This document shows positions 50,182 through 59,380 of a stretch of DNA of 64,000 nt, piece after piece. How positions within the stretch are numbered: the first letter of the stretch is position 1; each line of letters begins with the position of its first letter. The notes beneath the pieces were generated by a model. It searched no databases, was not told the origin of the DNA, and worked only from the letters and a program-made list of their open reading frames with translations. The translations under genes and the position numbers were made by a program. Source of the DNA: a virus; IMG/VR virus record IMGVR_UViG_3300021138_000002, positions 81,097 to 145,096 of that record; one strand, given 5' to 3'.

Positions 50182-51115
50182 ACTAGATCATTTTGTTAGA
50201 TTCAATCACAATGGCACAGTCAGCCGATGTGGTCACATGATCAACATACGGCAATTTGATTCGTTGGAGGACATGGACTCAAGTGACTGGCTGGCGGATA
50301 TCAAAGAACAATTTGAACAAAATCGGTGGCCCATCGAATGCACCAGATGTAAACAAACCGAAGAAATCAATCAAACAAGTATTCGACTCAACGCTATCGA
50401 ATTTGACAAAAAACAAACTCAAGAAAACTATCTAACGGTAGGAGGAGTATTGGACAATGTGTGCAACAGTGCTTGTTTGACCTGCAACGAACGGTTGAGT
50501 ACAAAAATTGGCAGTTTACGAACATTAGATTATCCTATCATTGATAACACACGGCGTTTTTGGTCTTTGCCATTGGATCGAGTGGTGCATCTGGACATCA
50601 ACGGTGGAGAGCCCAGTGCCAGCAAAAACTACAAAAATATATTGTCTAATCTTCCAGAAAATGTCAAAAGCGTCAGAGTCAATACCAATTGTTCGTTGGT
50701 AATTGCTGAACTGGAAGACATTGTGAAAAAAGGTATTGAAGTCACGGTCACAGTCAGTTTAGACGGAATTGGTCCGGTACACGATTATGTGCGTTGGCCA
50801 ATCAAATGGGATAAATTTTACAAAAATCTAATGACCTACAAGTCAATGGCATTGACCGAATTGAACACCTGGACCACAGTGAGTGCGTTAAATATCGGTG
50901 ATTTTGACAACATCCGTGCGTTTGTCAACGAACACGAGTTGTTGCACTCGTGGGCCTTGTTGAACACGCCGGATGAATTAAATGTTAAATACACAAATAC
51001 ACTGACAGAACCCTATCGTGGAGTCATTGACAATATGGTAGCAGTAGATAAAAACAATCAACAAGAACTAGATAAATTTATCAGTCAACAACATCAATTG
51101 CGAAACATCACATGA
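50168..51115 (+). CDS. Radical SAM protein, type B
   Basis: C..C..ECTRC, then CNSACLTC, NGGEP, SLDG..YVRWP. Confidence 0.88.
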   Translation: MHCPRLDHFVRFNHNGTVSRCGHMINIRQFDSLEDMDSSDWLADIKEQFEQNRWPIECTRCKQTEEINQTSIRLNAIEFDKKQTQENYLTVGGVLDNVCNSACLTCNERLSTKIGSLRTLDYPIIDNTRRFWSLPLDRVVHLDINGGEPSASKNYKNILSNLPENVKSVRVNTNCSLVIAELEDIVKKGIEVTVTVSLDGIGPVHDYVRWPIKWDKFYKNLMTYKSMALTELNTWTTVSALNIGDFDNIRAFVNEHELLHSWALLNTPDELNVKYTNTLTEPYRGVIDNMVAVDKNNQQELDKFISQQHQLRNIT

Positions 51116-51166
51116 TTTGATGTTTGCAGTATGAAAAATATTTTTTAAAAAATTAACCGGAGTATC

Positions 51167-51715
51167 ATGATGAAAATAGCCATCACTGGACACACAGCTG
51201 GAATAGGACAAGCATTAGCCAATGAATATGCCAGTGCCGGCTATGAAATTCTAGGATTGAGCAAGCGAGAAGGCAACAATATTCGCAACACTCCCAAGAT
51301 CTGTGATCAAATTGAATCTTGCGATGTTTTTGTCAACAATGCCCAAGCTGGATATTCGCAGACTGAATTGTTGTTTGAAATGGTCGATCGTTGGCAAGGT
51401 ACCAAAAAACATATCGTGGTGATCAGTACCATGATGACACAAGACCCGGTATCGGTCCTTCCAGGCCTGGGCATGGATCATTATCGTGTACAAAAAGTTG
51501 CATTGGAAGAAGCAGTCAAGCAAATACGTAACCGTCGATTGGGAGTTAGATTGACTGTAGTAAGGCCCGGAAATGTTGCGACCAGTAGCGACAAAACAGT
51601 ACCTCCGGCGGCTGATGTAACCAACTGGGCACACACTCTGATAAAATTATTTGATCTGGCAGAAACCAACAATTTGTCTATTCCAGATATTTCTCTTGGG
51701 GCATTGAACAAATGA
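51167..51715 (+). CDS. Short-chain dehydrogenase/reductase
   Basis: ITGHTAGIG, VNNA, YxxxK (YRVQK), RPG. Confidence 0.85.
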   Translation: MMKIAITGHTAGIGQALANEYASAGYEILGLSKREGNNIRNTPKICDQIESCDVFVNNAQAGYSQTELLFEMVDRWQGTKKHIVVISTMMTQDPVSVLPGLGMDHYRVQKVALEEAVKQIRNRRLGVRLTVVRPGNVATSSDKTVPPAADVTNWAHTLIKLFDLAETNNLSIPDISLGALNK

Positions 51716-52878
51716 CACCCAAGGATATTTTGACCAATCGACATTTTTGTCCGTTGCCCTGGACTGGATTGATGTACAACTTTGATGGAACTGTAAAAAA
51801 TTGTATTCGCAGTGATAGAGCCACAGGAACACTGGGCAATATTAAAAATACACCTATCAAAGAAATAATGTCAGGTCCTGACAACATGAGCAAGCAAACC
51901 AACATGACAGCAAACAAACCGGCTGCCGGTTGTCATACCTGTTATGATCTGGAACGTGGCAAAGAAGGGTTTGATATTATTAGCGACCGTATTTTTTACA
52001 TACGCGAATTCAAACGTACACCAGTTGATACCTATCAGATTGGTAATTTTGATTTGCAAACCATTGATGTACGCTGGACCAATTTGTGCAATTTTGCCTG
52101 TGTGTATTGTAATGCCAGTTTTAGCAGCCGTTGGGCTGATGAATTAAATTTCAAAATAGAGACACCCTCGGCAACTCAGCTGGCCGATTTTAAAAAATAT
52201 ATCCATGATCATGCTGGTCAATTGAAACATGTGTATCTAGCCGGTGGTGAACCCTTGTTGATGAAAGAAAATCTAGAACTGCTTGCACAACTGGATCCCG
52301 ACGTCAATCTGAGGATAAACACCAATCTCAGTAGGGTTGATACCGGTGTGTTTGATGCTGTATGCAAATTTAAAAATGTACATTGGACTGTGAGTGTGGA
52401 AACTCAAGAAGAAGAATTTGAATACATCAGATTTGGAGGCCGTTGGCAAGATTTTTTGACGAATTTACAAACAATCAATCAATTGGGTCACAAAATAAGT
52501 TTCAACATGCTTTGGTTTTTGCTAAATTACAACAGCGTGTTTGACTGTGTGGACTATTTAAAAGGTTTGGGATTTCATAACAACAGTTTTGTAATCGGGG
52601 CATTACTCACTCCAGAATACCTAAATGTTAGGCATTTGCCTGATCATGTGTTAAACTTGTTAAAGACGAAATTAGAATCACGTATTGCTGAAAATCCGGG
52701 ATATCTACTAGAAGATAGTTATCGAAACATGTTGCACTATATAACACAACCAATTGACCAAGATCTTTCCGGATCGTTTGACCAATTGGCCGTGATGGAT
52801 CAAAGACGTGGTGTTGACAGCAGCAAGATTTTTACAGAATTATACAAATTGAAAGAGGAAAACAATCATGGCCAATAA
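51712..52878 (+). CDS. Radical SAM protein, type B
   Basis: CPLPW..C..GCHTC, then CNFACVYC, AGGEP, FEYIRFG, DQRRG..FTEL. Confidence 0.9.
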   Translation: MTPKDILTNRHFCPLPWTGLMYNFDGTVKNCIRSDRATGTLGNIKNTPIKEIMSGPDNMSKQTNMTANKPAAGCHTCYDLERGKEGFDIISDRIFYIREFKRTPVDTYQIGNFDLQTIDVRWTNLCNFACVYCNASFSSRWADELNFKIETPSATQLADFKKYIHDHAGQLKHVYLAGGEPLLMKENLELLAQLDPDVNLRINTNLSRVDTGVFDAVCKFKNVHWTVSVETQEEEFEYIRFGGRWQDFLTNLQTINQLGHKISFNMLWFLLNYNSVFDCVDYLKGLGFHNNSFVIGALLTPEYLNVRHLPDHVLNLLKTKLESRIAENPGYLLEDSYRNMLHYITQPIDQDLSGSFDQLAVMDQRRGVDSSKIFTELYKLKEENNHGQ

Positions 52879-53932
52879 ACCATTTGACGTATCAAAGTTC
52901 CGCAAGGAAATTACCAAAAGCATCGATGGACTCAGTATAGGATTCAATGATCCTACCGACTGGATCAGCACCGGCAACTATGCCTTGAACTATCTTATCT
53001 CAGGTGACTTCAACAAAGGTATTCCGTTGGGCAAGGTCACAGTGTTTGCTGGTGAATCGGGTGCCGGTAAAAGCTACATCTGTTCCGGCAACATCATCAA
53101 GAACGCACAAGAACAGGGTATTTTTGTTGTGTTGATCGACACAGAAAATGCATTGGACGAAGATTGGCTCAAGGCCTTGGGCGTTGACACCAGTGAAGGC
53201 AAGTTGCTCAAGCTCAGCATGGCCATGATCGATGACGTGGCCAAGACCATATCAACATTCATGAGCGACTACAAGGCCTTGCCCGATGGTGAAAGACCCA
53301 AGGTCATGTTCGTGATTGACAGCTTGGGCATGTTGTTGACACCCACAGATGTGAACCAGTTCGATGCCGGTGAAATGAAAGGCGATCTAGGTCGCAAACC
53401 CAAAGCACTCACGGCCTTGGTGCGTAACTGTGTCAACATGTTTGGCAGTTACAACGTGGGCCTGGTGTGTACCAATCATACCTATGCCAGTCAAGACATG
53501 TTTGATCCTGACGACAAAATTTCAGGTGGACAAGGATTTATCTATGCGTCAAGTATTGTAGTGGCCATGAAAAAACTCAAGCTCAAAGAAGACGAGGATG
53601 GCAACAAGATTTCAGACGTAATGGGCATCCGATCAGCTTGCAAGGTCATGAAAACACGCTATGCTAAACCGTTTGAAGGTGTGCAGGTCAAGATACCGTA
53701 TTCAACCGGAATGAGCCCGTACAGTGGCTTGGTCGACTTGGCCGAGAAAAAAGGCCTGCTAAAGAAAGACGGCAACAGACTCATGTTTGTGACCACAGAT
53801 GGCGAAATCATCAAACAGTTCCGCAAGGCCTGGGAACTTAACGAAGACGGCTGTCTTGATCGAGTCATGGCAGACTTTGCAAATCAACGCGAAACGGTAA
53901 GTACTGAAGAAGACACTGCAACGGAGGAATAA
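52868..53932 (+). CDS. uvsX: RecA-like recombinase UvsX
   Basis: AGESGAGKS, IDTENA, VIDSLG, NHTY, SGGQG..YASS, KTRYAKPF. Confidence 0.95.
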   Translation: MANKPFDVSKFRKEITKSIDGLSIGFNDPTDWISTGNYALNYLISGDFNKGIPLGKVTVFAGESGAGKSYICSGNIIKNAQEQGIFVVLIDTENALDEDWLKALGVDTSEGKLLKLSMAMIDDVAKTISTFMSDYKALPDGERPKVMFVIDSLGMLLTPTDVNQFDAGEMKGDLGRKPKALTALVRNCVNMFGSYNVGLVCTNHTYASQDMFDPDDKISGGQGFIYASSIVVAMKKLKLKEDEDGNKISDVMGIRSACKVMKTRYAKPFEGVQVKIPYSTGMSPYSGLVDLAEKKGLLKKDGNRLMFVTTDGEIIKQFRKAWELNEDGCLDRVMADFANQRETVSTEEDTATEE

Positions 53933-53934
53933 CA

Positions 53935-54192
53935 ATGAGCATTGAACTGAGTAGAGAAATTTGGAATGAATTGAAACGATACATCAACACTGTGGATCGT
54001 GATGAAGCAGCCGAAACACTAGTGTCGGTCTTGATCGATAACGATGCTGATGCAGATGAAATCAAATCCGTTTTCAAAACCGAACCCGACATCAAACGTG
54101 CGGTAACCAGCTACCTCAAAAATCATGACGAAGAAGACGAGGATGATGATTTTCATAACGATGACTACGACGATGAAGAAGACGATTATTAA
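53935..54192 (+). CDS. Small protein with a very acidic tail
   Basis: SD GGAGG; C-terminus DEEDEDDDFHNDDYDDEEDDY. Confidence 0.7.
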   Translation: MSIELSREIWNELKRYINTVDRDEAAETLVSVLIDNDADADEIKSVFKTEPDIKRAVTSYLKNHDEEDEDDDFHNDDYDDEEDDY

Positions 54193-55448
54193 TGACCAAC
54201 AAATATTTTCCTATAACAACAGAAACTGCATGCAGATTAAAATGGAGTTGGAGTACGCTTTATCTTAATTCGGGCATAACTGGATCATGTCATAGATCCA
54301 GTCTTTCAACGGTTGATGTTGATAATTTTGAAAACTTTCACAACACCGATAAAAAAATACAGTCCAGAGAAGCCATGCTTGCAGGACAATGGCCAGGAGA
54401 TGGGTGCGAATATTGCAAAACGATTGAAGAAGCAGGTGGTATGAGTGATCGCTTGTTTCAAAATCAAGTACCTGATGTATACCCAAGAATTTTAGACTCA
54501 AATCCTCAAGAAACCCGAACAGATCCGGCTGTGCTTGAAGTATTTTTTTCAAACACTTGCAATTTAAAGTGTGTTTATTGTACCGCTAAAGCAAGCTCAT
54601 CGATACAGGCCGAAAATAAAAAATTTGGAGGAGCCATAATTGAGCGAGCCAATTTTGAATATCAAGACAATCAATATAAAAAATTAGCTCCAAAATTTTG
54701 GCAATGGTTTGAGAAAAATTCACAAAAGGTACAAAGATTACAAGTACTAGGGGGCGAACCATTTCTACAAAACGAAGTCAACACATTGTTGACATATTTT
54801 AACAACAATCCGCATCCAGATTTGGAATTTAATGTTGTGACCAATTTGAGTTTGCCAACCAATGTGATTGAAAAAACGTTGAGATTGCTCAGCGAACTGG
54901 TTGACTCAAAAAAAGTAAAAAGGGTTGACATTCAAGTCAGCATTGACTGTTGGGGTCCTGCACAAGAATACATTCGTAATGGACTACAGTTAACTCAATT
55001 TGAAAAAAATCTAAAGTTGTTGATTGGTTTAAAAAATCTTCGAATTGGATTGTTATCCACTGTGACATCATTGTCGATACCGAACATGATGGACTTATGT
55101 ATCAAATACCAGGAATGGAATCAATTACAAACAATCTTCTGGTATAATAATTTGGTACTGCCCTACGATGACAGTGTGTTTGATCCAACAATTTTTGATT
55201 ATAGTGTGTTTGAATCTTATTTTCTTGATCTTGATAAATTGTTGCCCGACCACACATGGGATGATAAAATTACCAAAGAAAAATTTGTTGGTATCAGGAA
55301 AAAATTAGAAAAAAATTGTCAAACCAACATCGACAGACAAAAAGAATTATTCAGATATTTGACCATGAATGATCAACGAAGAAATAGCGATTGGCGCATA
55401 ACATTTCCCTGGCTAGAAAAGGTATTTAAAGAAAATCATGTGGTATAG
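54192..55448 (+). CDS. Radical SAM protein, type B
   Basis: ACRLKW..SCH..GCEYC, then CNLKCVYC, LGGEPF, QEYIRNG, DQRR..FPWL. Confidence 0.9.
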   Translation: MTNKYFPITTETACRLKWSWSTLYLNSGITGSCHRSSLSTVDVDNFENFHNTDKKIQSREAMLAGQWPGDGCEYCKTIEEAGGMSDRLFQNQVPDVYPRILDSNPQETRTDPAVLEVFFSNTCNLKCVYCTAKASSSIQAENKKFGGAIIERANFEYQDNQYKKLAPKFWQWFEKNSQKVQRLQVLGGEPFLQNEVNTLLTYFNNNPHPDLEFNVVTNLSLPTNVIEKTLRLLSELVDSKKVKRVDIQVSIDCWGPAQEYIRNGLQLTQFEKNLKLLIGLKNLRIGLLSTVTSLSIPNMMDLCIKYQEWNQLQTIFWYNNLVLPYDDSVFDPTIFDYSVFESYFLDLDKLLPDHTWDDKITKEKFVGIRKKLEKNCQTNIDRQKELFRYLTMNDQRRNSDWRITFPWLEKVFKENHVV

Positions 55449-55890
55449 TCGAGTTGTAGCAGATCTAGGTAACATTCCTGATTTCATCAATTACTACGAA
55501 CAAGAATTGGCTGATGCCAAACGCGAATGTCAAGTGGGCGGCCTGGTCGAAAAAAACATCACCACTCTTCCGGGCGTGACCGAACACAGATTCAATCAAC
55601 TGCAAGAAATCGAAGCAGTATTGAACTATCTCAACATACAGTTGAGAAAGATCCGTCGGCGCCACTTCCAAAAATATCTGGAAGGTTATGCACGAGCACT
55701 AACTAGTAGAGATGCTGAGAAATATGTGGACGGTGAAGATGAGGTTGTGGATTTTGAAACCTTGATCAATGAAGTGGCACTGTTACGCAACAAATTTTTG
55801 GGCATAATCAAAGCATTTGAAAGTAAAAATTTCATGCTCGGACACATAGTGCGTTTGCGAGCAGCCGGTATGGAGGATATACAAGTATGA
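55438..55890 (+). CDS. uvsY: Recombination mediator UvsY-like
   Basis: KYLEGY.RAL.SRDAEKYVDGE..K.F.LG.I..LR.AG; near uvsX. Confidence 0.8.
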   Translation: MWYSRVVADLGNIPDFINYYEQELADAKRECQVGGLVEKNITTLPGVTEHRFNQLQEIEAVLNYLNIQLRKIRRRHFQKYLEGYARALTSRDAEKYVDGEDEVVDFETLINEVALLRNKFLGIIKAFESKNFMLGHIVRLRAAGMEDIQV

Positions 55891-56648
55891 CATTTTCAAG
55901 TCCACAACAGAGTCATCAACACAGCCTATCTGTGTTGAATCAGCTGTACGAATACGATGATTTTATGGCCAGCATCAACACCTTGGTGGATCTTGGTTGC
56001 GGAAAAGGCCTGGATCTCGAATGGTGGGCTACCCGAACCACCCGAGACGATGTTCCTGAGCCACTAAACATCAAGTGTGTGGGTGTAGACCATGCCGATC
56101 AACTGCCCATGGCAGATGTGTATGCCAACGTGGATTACTATCAAAACGATTTTGAACTGCCGTTGAGATTGTGCCATGACAGCCTGCACTACGATGTGTT
56201 ATGGTGCCATGACAGTTTCCAGTACAGTGTGAATCCCTTGGCGACCCTGACCAATTGGTGGCAGGCCGCCAATGAAGGCGCCATGCTGTATATCGGCCTT
56301 CCACAGACCACCAATCTCTATCGAGGACGACAGGATTTCACTCAGGCCCCTGGTTGCTACTATCATCACACCATGGTCAGTCTCATACACATGCTGGCCG
56401 TGACCGGATGGGATTGCCGTGCTGGATTTTTCAAAAAAGACATACAGGATCCCTGGATACATGCCGTGGTATACAAAAGTGCCGTCGAACCACAGGATCC
56501 TAAAACCGCCACTTGGTACCGCTTGGCCGAGCTGGGTCTTATCCCCGAAAGTGCTGAGCGTAGTGTACAGGCACACGGGTATCTTAGACAGCAGGATCTG
56601 GTGGTAGCCTGGCTGGATAAAAGTTTACAATACATGGGACATCAATAA
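55887..56648 (+). CDS. Class I SAM-dependent methyltransferase
   Basis: VDLGCGKG, GVD, YDVLWCHDSFQY. Confidence 0.8.
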   Translation: MTFSSPQQSHQHSLSVLNQLYEYDDFMASINTLVDLGCGKGLDLEWWATRTTRDDVPEPLNIKCVGVDHADQLPMADVYANVDYYQNDFELPLRLCHDSLHYDVLWCHDSFQYSVNPLATLTNWWQAANEGAMLYIGLPQTTNLYRGRQDFTQAPGCYYHHTMVSLIHMLAVTGWDCRAGFFKKDIQDPWIHAVVYKSAVEPQDPKTATWYRLAELGLIPESAERSVQAHGYLRQQDLVVAWLDKSLQYMGHQ

Positions 56649-56968
56649 TGCAAACACAACGTCAATGGGGATATTATCGTGTGATACACGAAGCTGCAGG
56701 AATGAAAGTCAAAGAACTGGTAGTGGAACCCGGTCAAAGCCTCAGCATGCAACGTCATTTCAAACGCAACGAATTTTGGGTGGTGCAACAAGGTGCCTGC
56801 GTGGTCAATCTAGAGTCTGAAACCGTGACCTTACAAACCCACGAAATAATGGCCATTCCGGTAAACGAGTGGCATCAACTGACCAACCCGCACGAAACTG
56901 CCTGCCATATCGTGGAAATACAGTATGGCGAAGCCTGCGTAGAAGAAGATATAGAACGAAAAGGTTGA
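56648..56968 (+). CDS. Cupin resembling the C-terminal domain of mannose-6-phosphate isomerase type II
   Basis: R.WG.Y, VKEL.V.PGQSLSMQRH..R.EFW, WHQL.N, VEIQYG..EEDIER. Confidence 0.85.
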   Translation: MQTQRQWGYYRVIHEAAGMKVKELVVEPGQSLSMQRHFKRNEFWVVQQGACVVNLESETVTLQTHEIMAIPVNEWHQLTNPHETACHIVEIQYGEACVEEDIERKG

Positions 56969-56993
56969 CCAAAAACTCCAGTTTATATACAAT
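56965..56993 (+). promoter_or_regulatory. Sigma70-type early promoter TTGACC-17-TACAAT
   Basis: 17-bp spacer; same TTGACCAAAAA context as 22642 and 22927. Confidence 0.75.
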
Positions 56994-57079
56994 AGCATTA
57001 TGAAATCGGGTGCTGTAGACCTTGTATTTACGGAGTGTTGTGTTTATACAACACCAAAAAAAACTGTAAAAATCAGTGG

Positions 57080-57108
57080 TTGACCCAAAATACCCATTTT
57101 GTTATAAT
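57080..57108 (+). promoter_or_regulatory. Sigma70-type early promoter TTGACC-17-TATAAT (extended -10)
   Basis: Near consensus; upstream of SD AGGAG and GTG 57139. Confidence 0.85.
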
Positions 57109-57138
57109 ATTAGTATAGTAATTAAACAGGAGCTGAAT

Positions 57139-58158
57139 GTGAGTAAAGTCAATATCAAAAACGGAATATACCGTAATCAACCAGTAAAAAATGTAGCCTT
57201 TACCTTGGTAAAAGGTTTACAGACTGGCGCCAAGGGCAGTTTTGTCACAGTAGATAGCGAAGGCTATTTTGGGCCAGATTTTGATGTGGTTCGTATCAAA
57301 GTTGATTCTATCGAAGATGTAGAATTTGTGGGCGGAGACACTGAAACAGCCACACCTGCTGTCAAAACAGTGGCACCTGTGGAAACTGATGAAGAAGTCA
57401 TGGCTCGTATTGGCGAGCGTTTTGATATCTTGGATCAAATGACTAAAGCTACAATCGCCGGTGATGTCCGTGCCATGATCGTGGTTGGGCCTCCTGGTGT
57501 GGGCAAGAGTTACGGCGTAGAAAAACAACTGGAACAGTCAGGACTTTTTGACAAGTTGGCTGGACGCAGGATCAAGTACGAAATCATCAAAGGTGCCATG
57601 ACTCCGATTGGCCTGTACTGTACCTTGTACAAGAATTCCGATCCGTGTAACGTGTTGGTATTCGATGACTGCGACAGTGTATTCCAGGACGATGTCAGCT
57701 TGAACATTCTCAAAGCGGCCCTGGATTCTGGCAAGAAGCGTAGGATCTACTGGAATAGTGACAGCTCTATGTTGCGTCGTGAAGGTGTTCCTGACTGTTT
57801 TGACTTCAAGGGTGCCTGTATCTTTATCACCAACTTACAGTTCCAGAATTTAAAGAGCAAGAAATTGCAAGACCACTTGGAAGCCTTACAGAGTCGTTGT
57901 CACTTTTTGGATCTTACACTTAATACACAGCGTGATAGATTCTTGCGTATCAAACAGATCTTCCGCAAAGGTGACCTGTTCCAGGACTATGATTTTACTC
58001 CAGAACAGGGTGAAGAGATTTTAGATTACATGGATGCCAACAAAGATCGTTTGAGAGAGATGAGCTTGCGTATGGCACTCAAGATCGCAGACTTGACCAA
58101 GGTCAGTTCGACCAATTGGAAGGCCCTGGCAGTAAGCACATGTATGAAGAATTCGTAA
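57139..58158 (+). CDS. AAA+ ATPase (start probably GTG 57139)
   Basis: GPPGVGKS, VLVFDDCD, NILKAALD, IFITN, SRC. Confidence 0.85.
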   Translation: MSKVNIKNGIYRNQPVKNVAFTLVKGLQTGAKGSFVTVDSEGYFGPDFDVVRIKVDSIEDVEFVGGDTETATPAVKTVAPVETDEEVMARIGERFDILDQMTKATIAGDVRAMIVVGPPGVGKSYGVEKQLEQSGLFDKLAGRRIKYEIIKGAMTPIGLYCTLYKNSDPCNVLVFDDCDSVFQDDVSLNILKAALDSGKKRRIYWNSDSSMLRREGVPDCFDFKGACIFITNLQFQNLKSKKLQDHLEALQSRCHFLDLTLNTQRDRFLRIKQIFRKGDLFQDYDFTPEQGEEILDYMDANKDRLREMSLRMALKIADLTKVSSTNWKALAVSTCMKNS

Positions 58159-58170
58159 ACGGTAGCTCCT

Positions 58171-58225
58171 GGGTTGATTCAACAATCAACCCATTTTACA
58201 CAGGCACTTAGGTGCCTGTCTTTTT
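58171..58225 (+). terminator. Two tandem hairpins; the second is an intrinsic terminator
   Basis: GGGTTGATT-caac-AATCAACCC, then ACAGGCAC-ttag-GTGCCTGT-CTTTTT. Confidence 0.8.
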
Positions 58226-58258
58226 GACTTTTTGTTAATAAATATGCTATAGTTATAT

Positions 58259-59380
58259 ATGACTTTTTGCTACTCTCCTTGGACCAATATTGACATCAGT
58301 CCCATGGGAGAAATAACTCCCTGCTGTAAATTCCAAAAACAATATTATACCGAACAATTCAATATACAAACACATTCTCTTGTTGAGTATGTTGACAGCA
58401 ATTTGATCAACGGTATCAAGCAACAATTCCAACAAGGGAGTTGGCCAGTTGGTTGCGAACGATGCAGGATTGAAGAATCACACGGCATTGAAAGCAAACG
58501 ACAGCTAGATTACGTCAGATGGAAAGATCATTATGATTCGTACGATATTAATAGTGGCCGATTTCTTACCACAAGTGTTGCATTTGGTAATACTTGCAAT
58601 CTTAAATGCATAACATGTGGTCCACATGCATCAAGTCGCTGGCAAAAAGAATATCGTGAGCTGTACGGCAAAGACATTCCGCATTTTAAATTTTACAAAA
58701 AAAACTTTGTTCAAGACTTTGTAGCACAGGCACCAGATATTGTTCACTTGGATATTCCCGGCGGCGAACCGTTTTTGAGTGGTATCGACGAACAACAAGC
58801 TCTATTGGAACACTATGTATCAAATGGCCAGGCAAAACATATAACATTACATTACACAACCAACACTCAGATATTTCCGGATTCCGTCTGGTGGGATTTG
58901 TGGGCACACTTCAAAGAAGTAGACATTCAAATGAGTATTGATGGTATTGGGGACAGATACGAATATATCAGGTATCCAGCCAGCTGGGTAACTTTGGTTG
59001 ATCATGTAAAGAAATATCTACAAATTCAACAATCAAATATCAGACTGAGTGTCAGTCATACCGTTAGTGCCTATAACATCTATTATCTTGATGAATTTTT
59101 TGATTGGTGTTATACTATAGGCTTGCCACGCCCTTGGCTGGGTAGAGCTCACAATCCAAAATACCTGCGTCCCGGGGTATGGAGTCGTTCTGCTCGTCAA
59201 GTTATTGTGGATCATTTAAAACATAGCCAGTATTCTGATGTATTGGCCTGGGCCAATTTGATGTCCTTGACGGATGAGTCTGAATTTTTCGATGAGTTTA
59301 GAACCAAATTAACAGCACACGATCAGTACAGAGGTACCAATTTTAAAAATATTTTTCCAGAGTTAGCCAATCACATATGA
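58259..59380 (+). CDS. Radical SAM protein, type B
   Basis: CYSPW..PCC..GCERC, then CNLKCITC, GGEPF, SIDG..EYIRYP, DQYRG..FPEL. Own promoter (TTGACT..TATAGT and TAAATA). Confidence 0.9.
   Translation: MTFCYSPWTNIDISPMGEITPCCKFQKQYYTEQFNIQTHSLVEYVDSNLINGIKQQFQQGSWPVGCERCRIEESHGIESKRQLDYVRWKDHYDSYDINSGRFLTTSVAFGNTCNLKCITCGPHASSRWQKEYRELYGKDIPHFKFYKKNFVQDFVAQAPDIVHLDIPGGEPFLSGIDEQQALLEHYVSNGQAKHITLHYTTNTQIFPDSVWWDLWAHFKEVDIQMSIDGIGDRYEYIRYPASWVTLVDHVKKYLQIQQSNIRLSVSHTVSAYNIYYLDEFFDWCYTIGLPRPWLGRAHNPKYLRPGVWSRSARQVIVDHLKHSQYSDVLAWANLMSLTDESEFFDEFRTKLTAHDQYRGTNFKNIFPELANHI

Noticed and set aside
56969-58258. tRNA or structured ncRNA in the longer intergenic gaps
   Set aside because: No cloverleaf or T-loop motif was seen; the hairpins are explained as terminators or operators. 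A covariance-model search was not run.
24142-59380. Radical SAMs as anaerobic RNR activase (NrdG) or QueE of a 7-deazaguanine pathway
   Set aside because: They are longer, carry extra Cys clusters, and no nrdD, queC, queD, folE or dpdA is in the window. Partners outside the window cannot be excluded.
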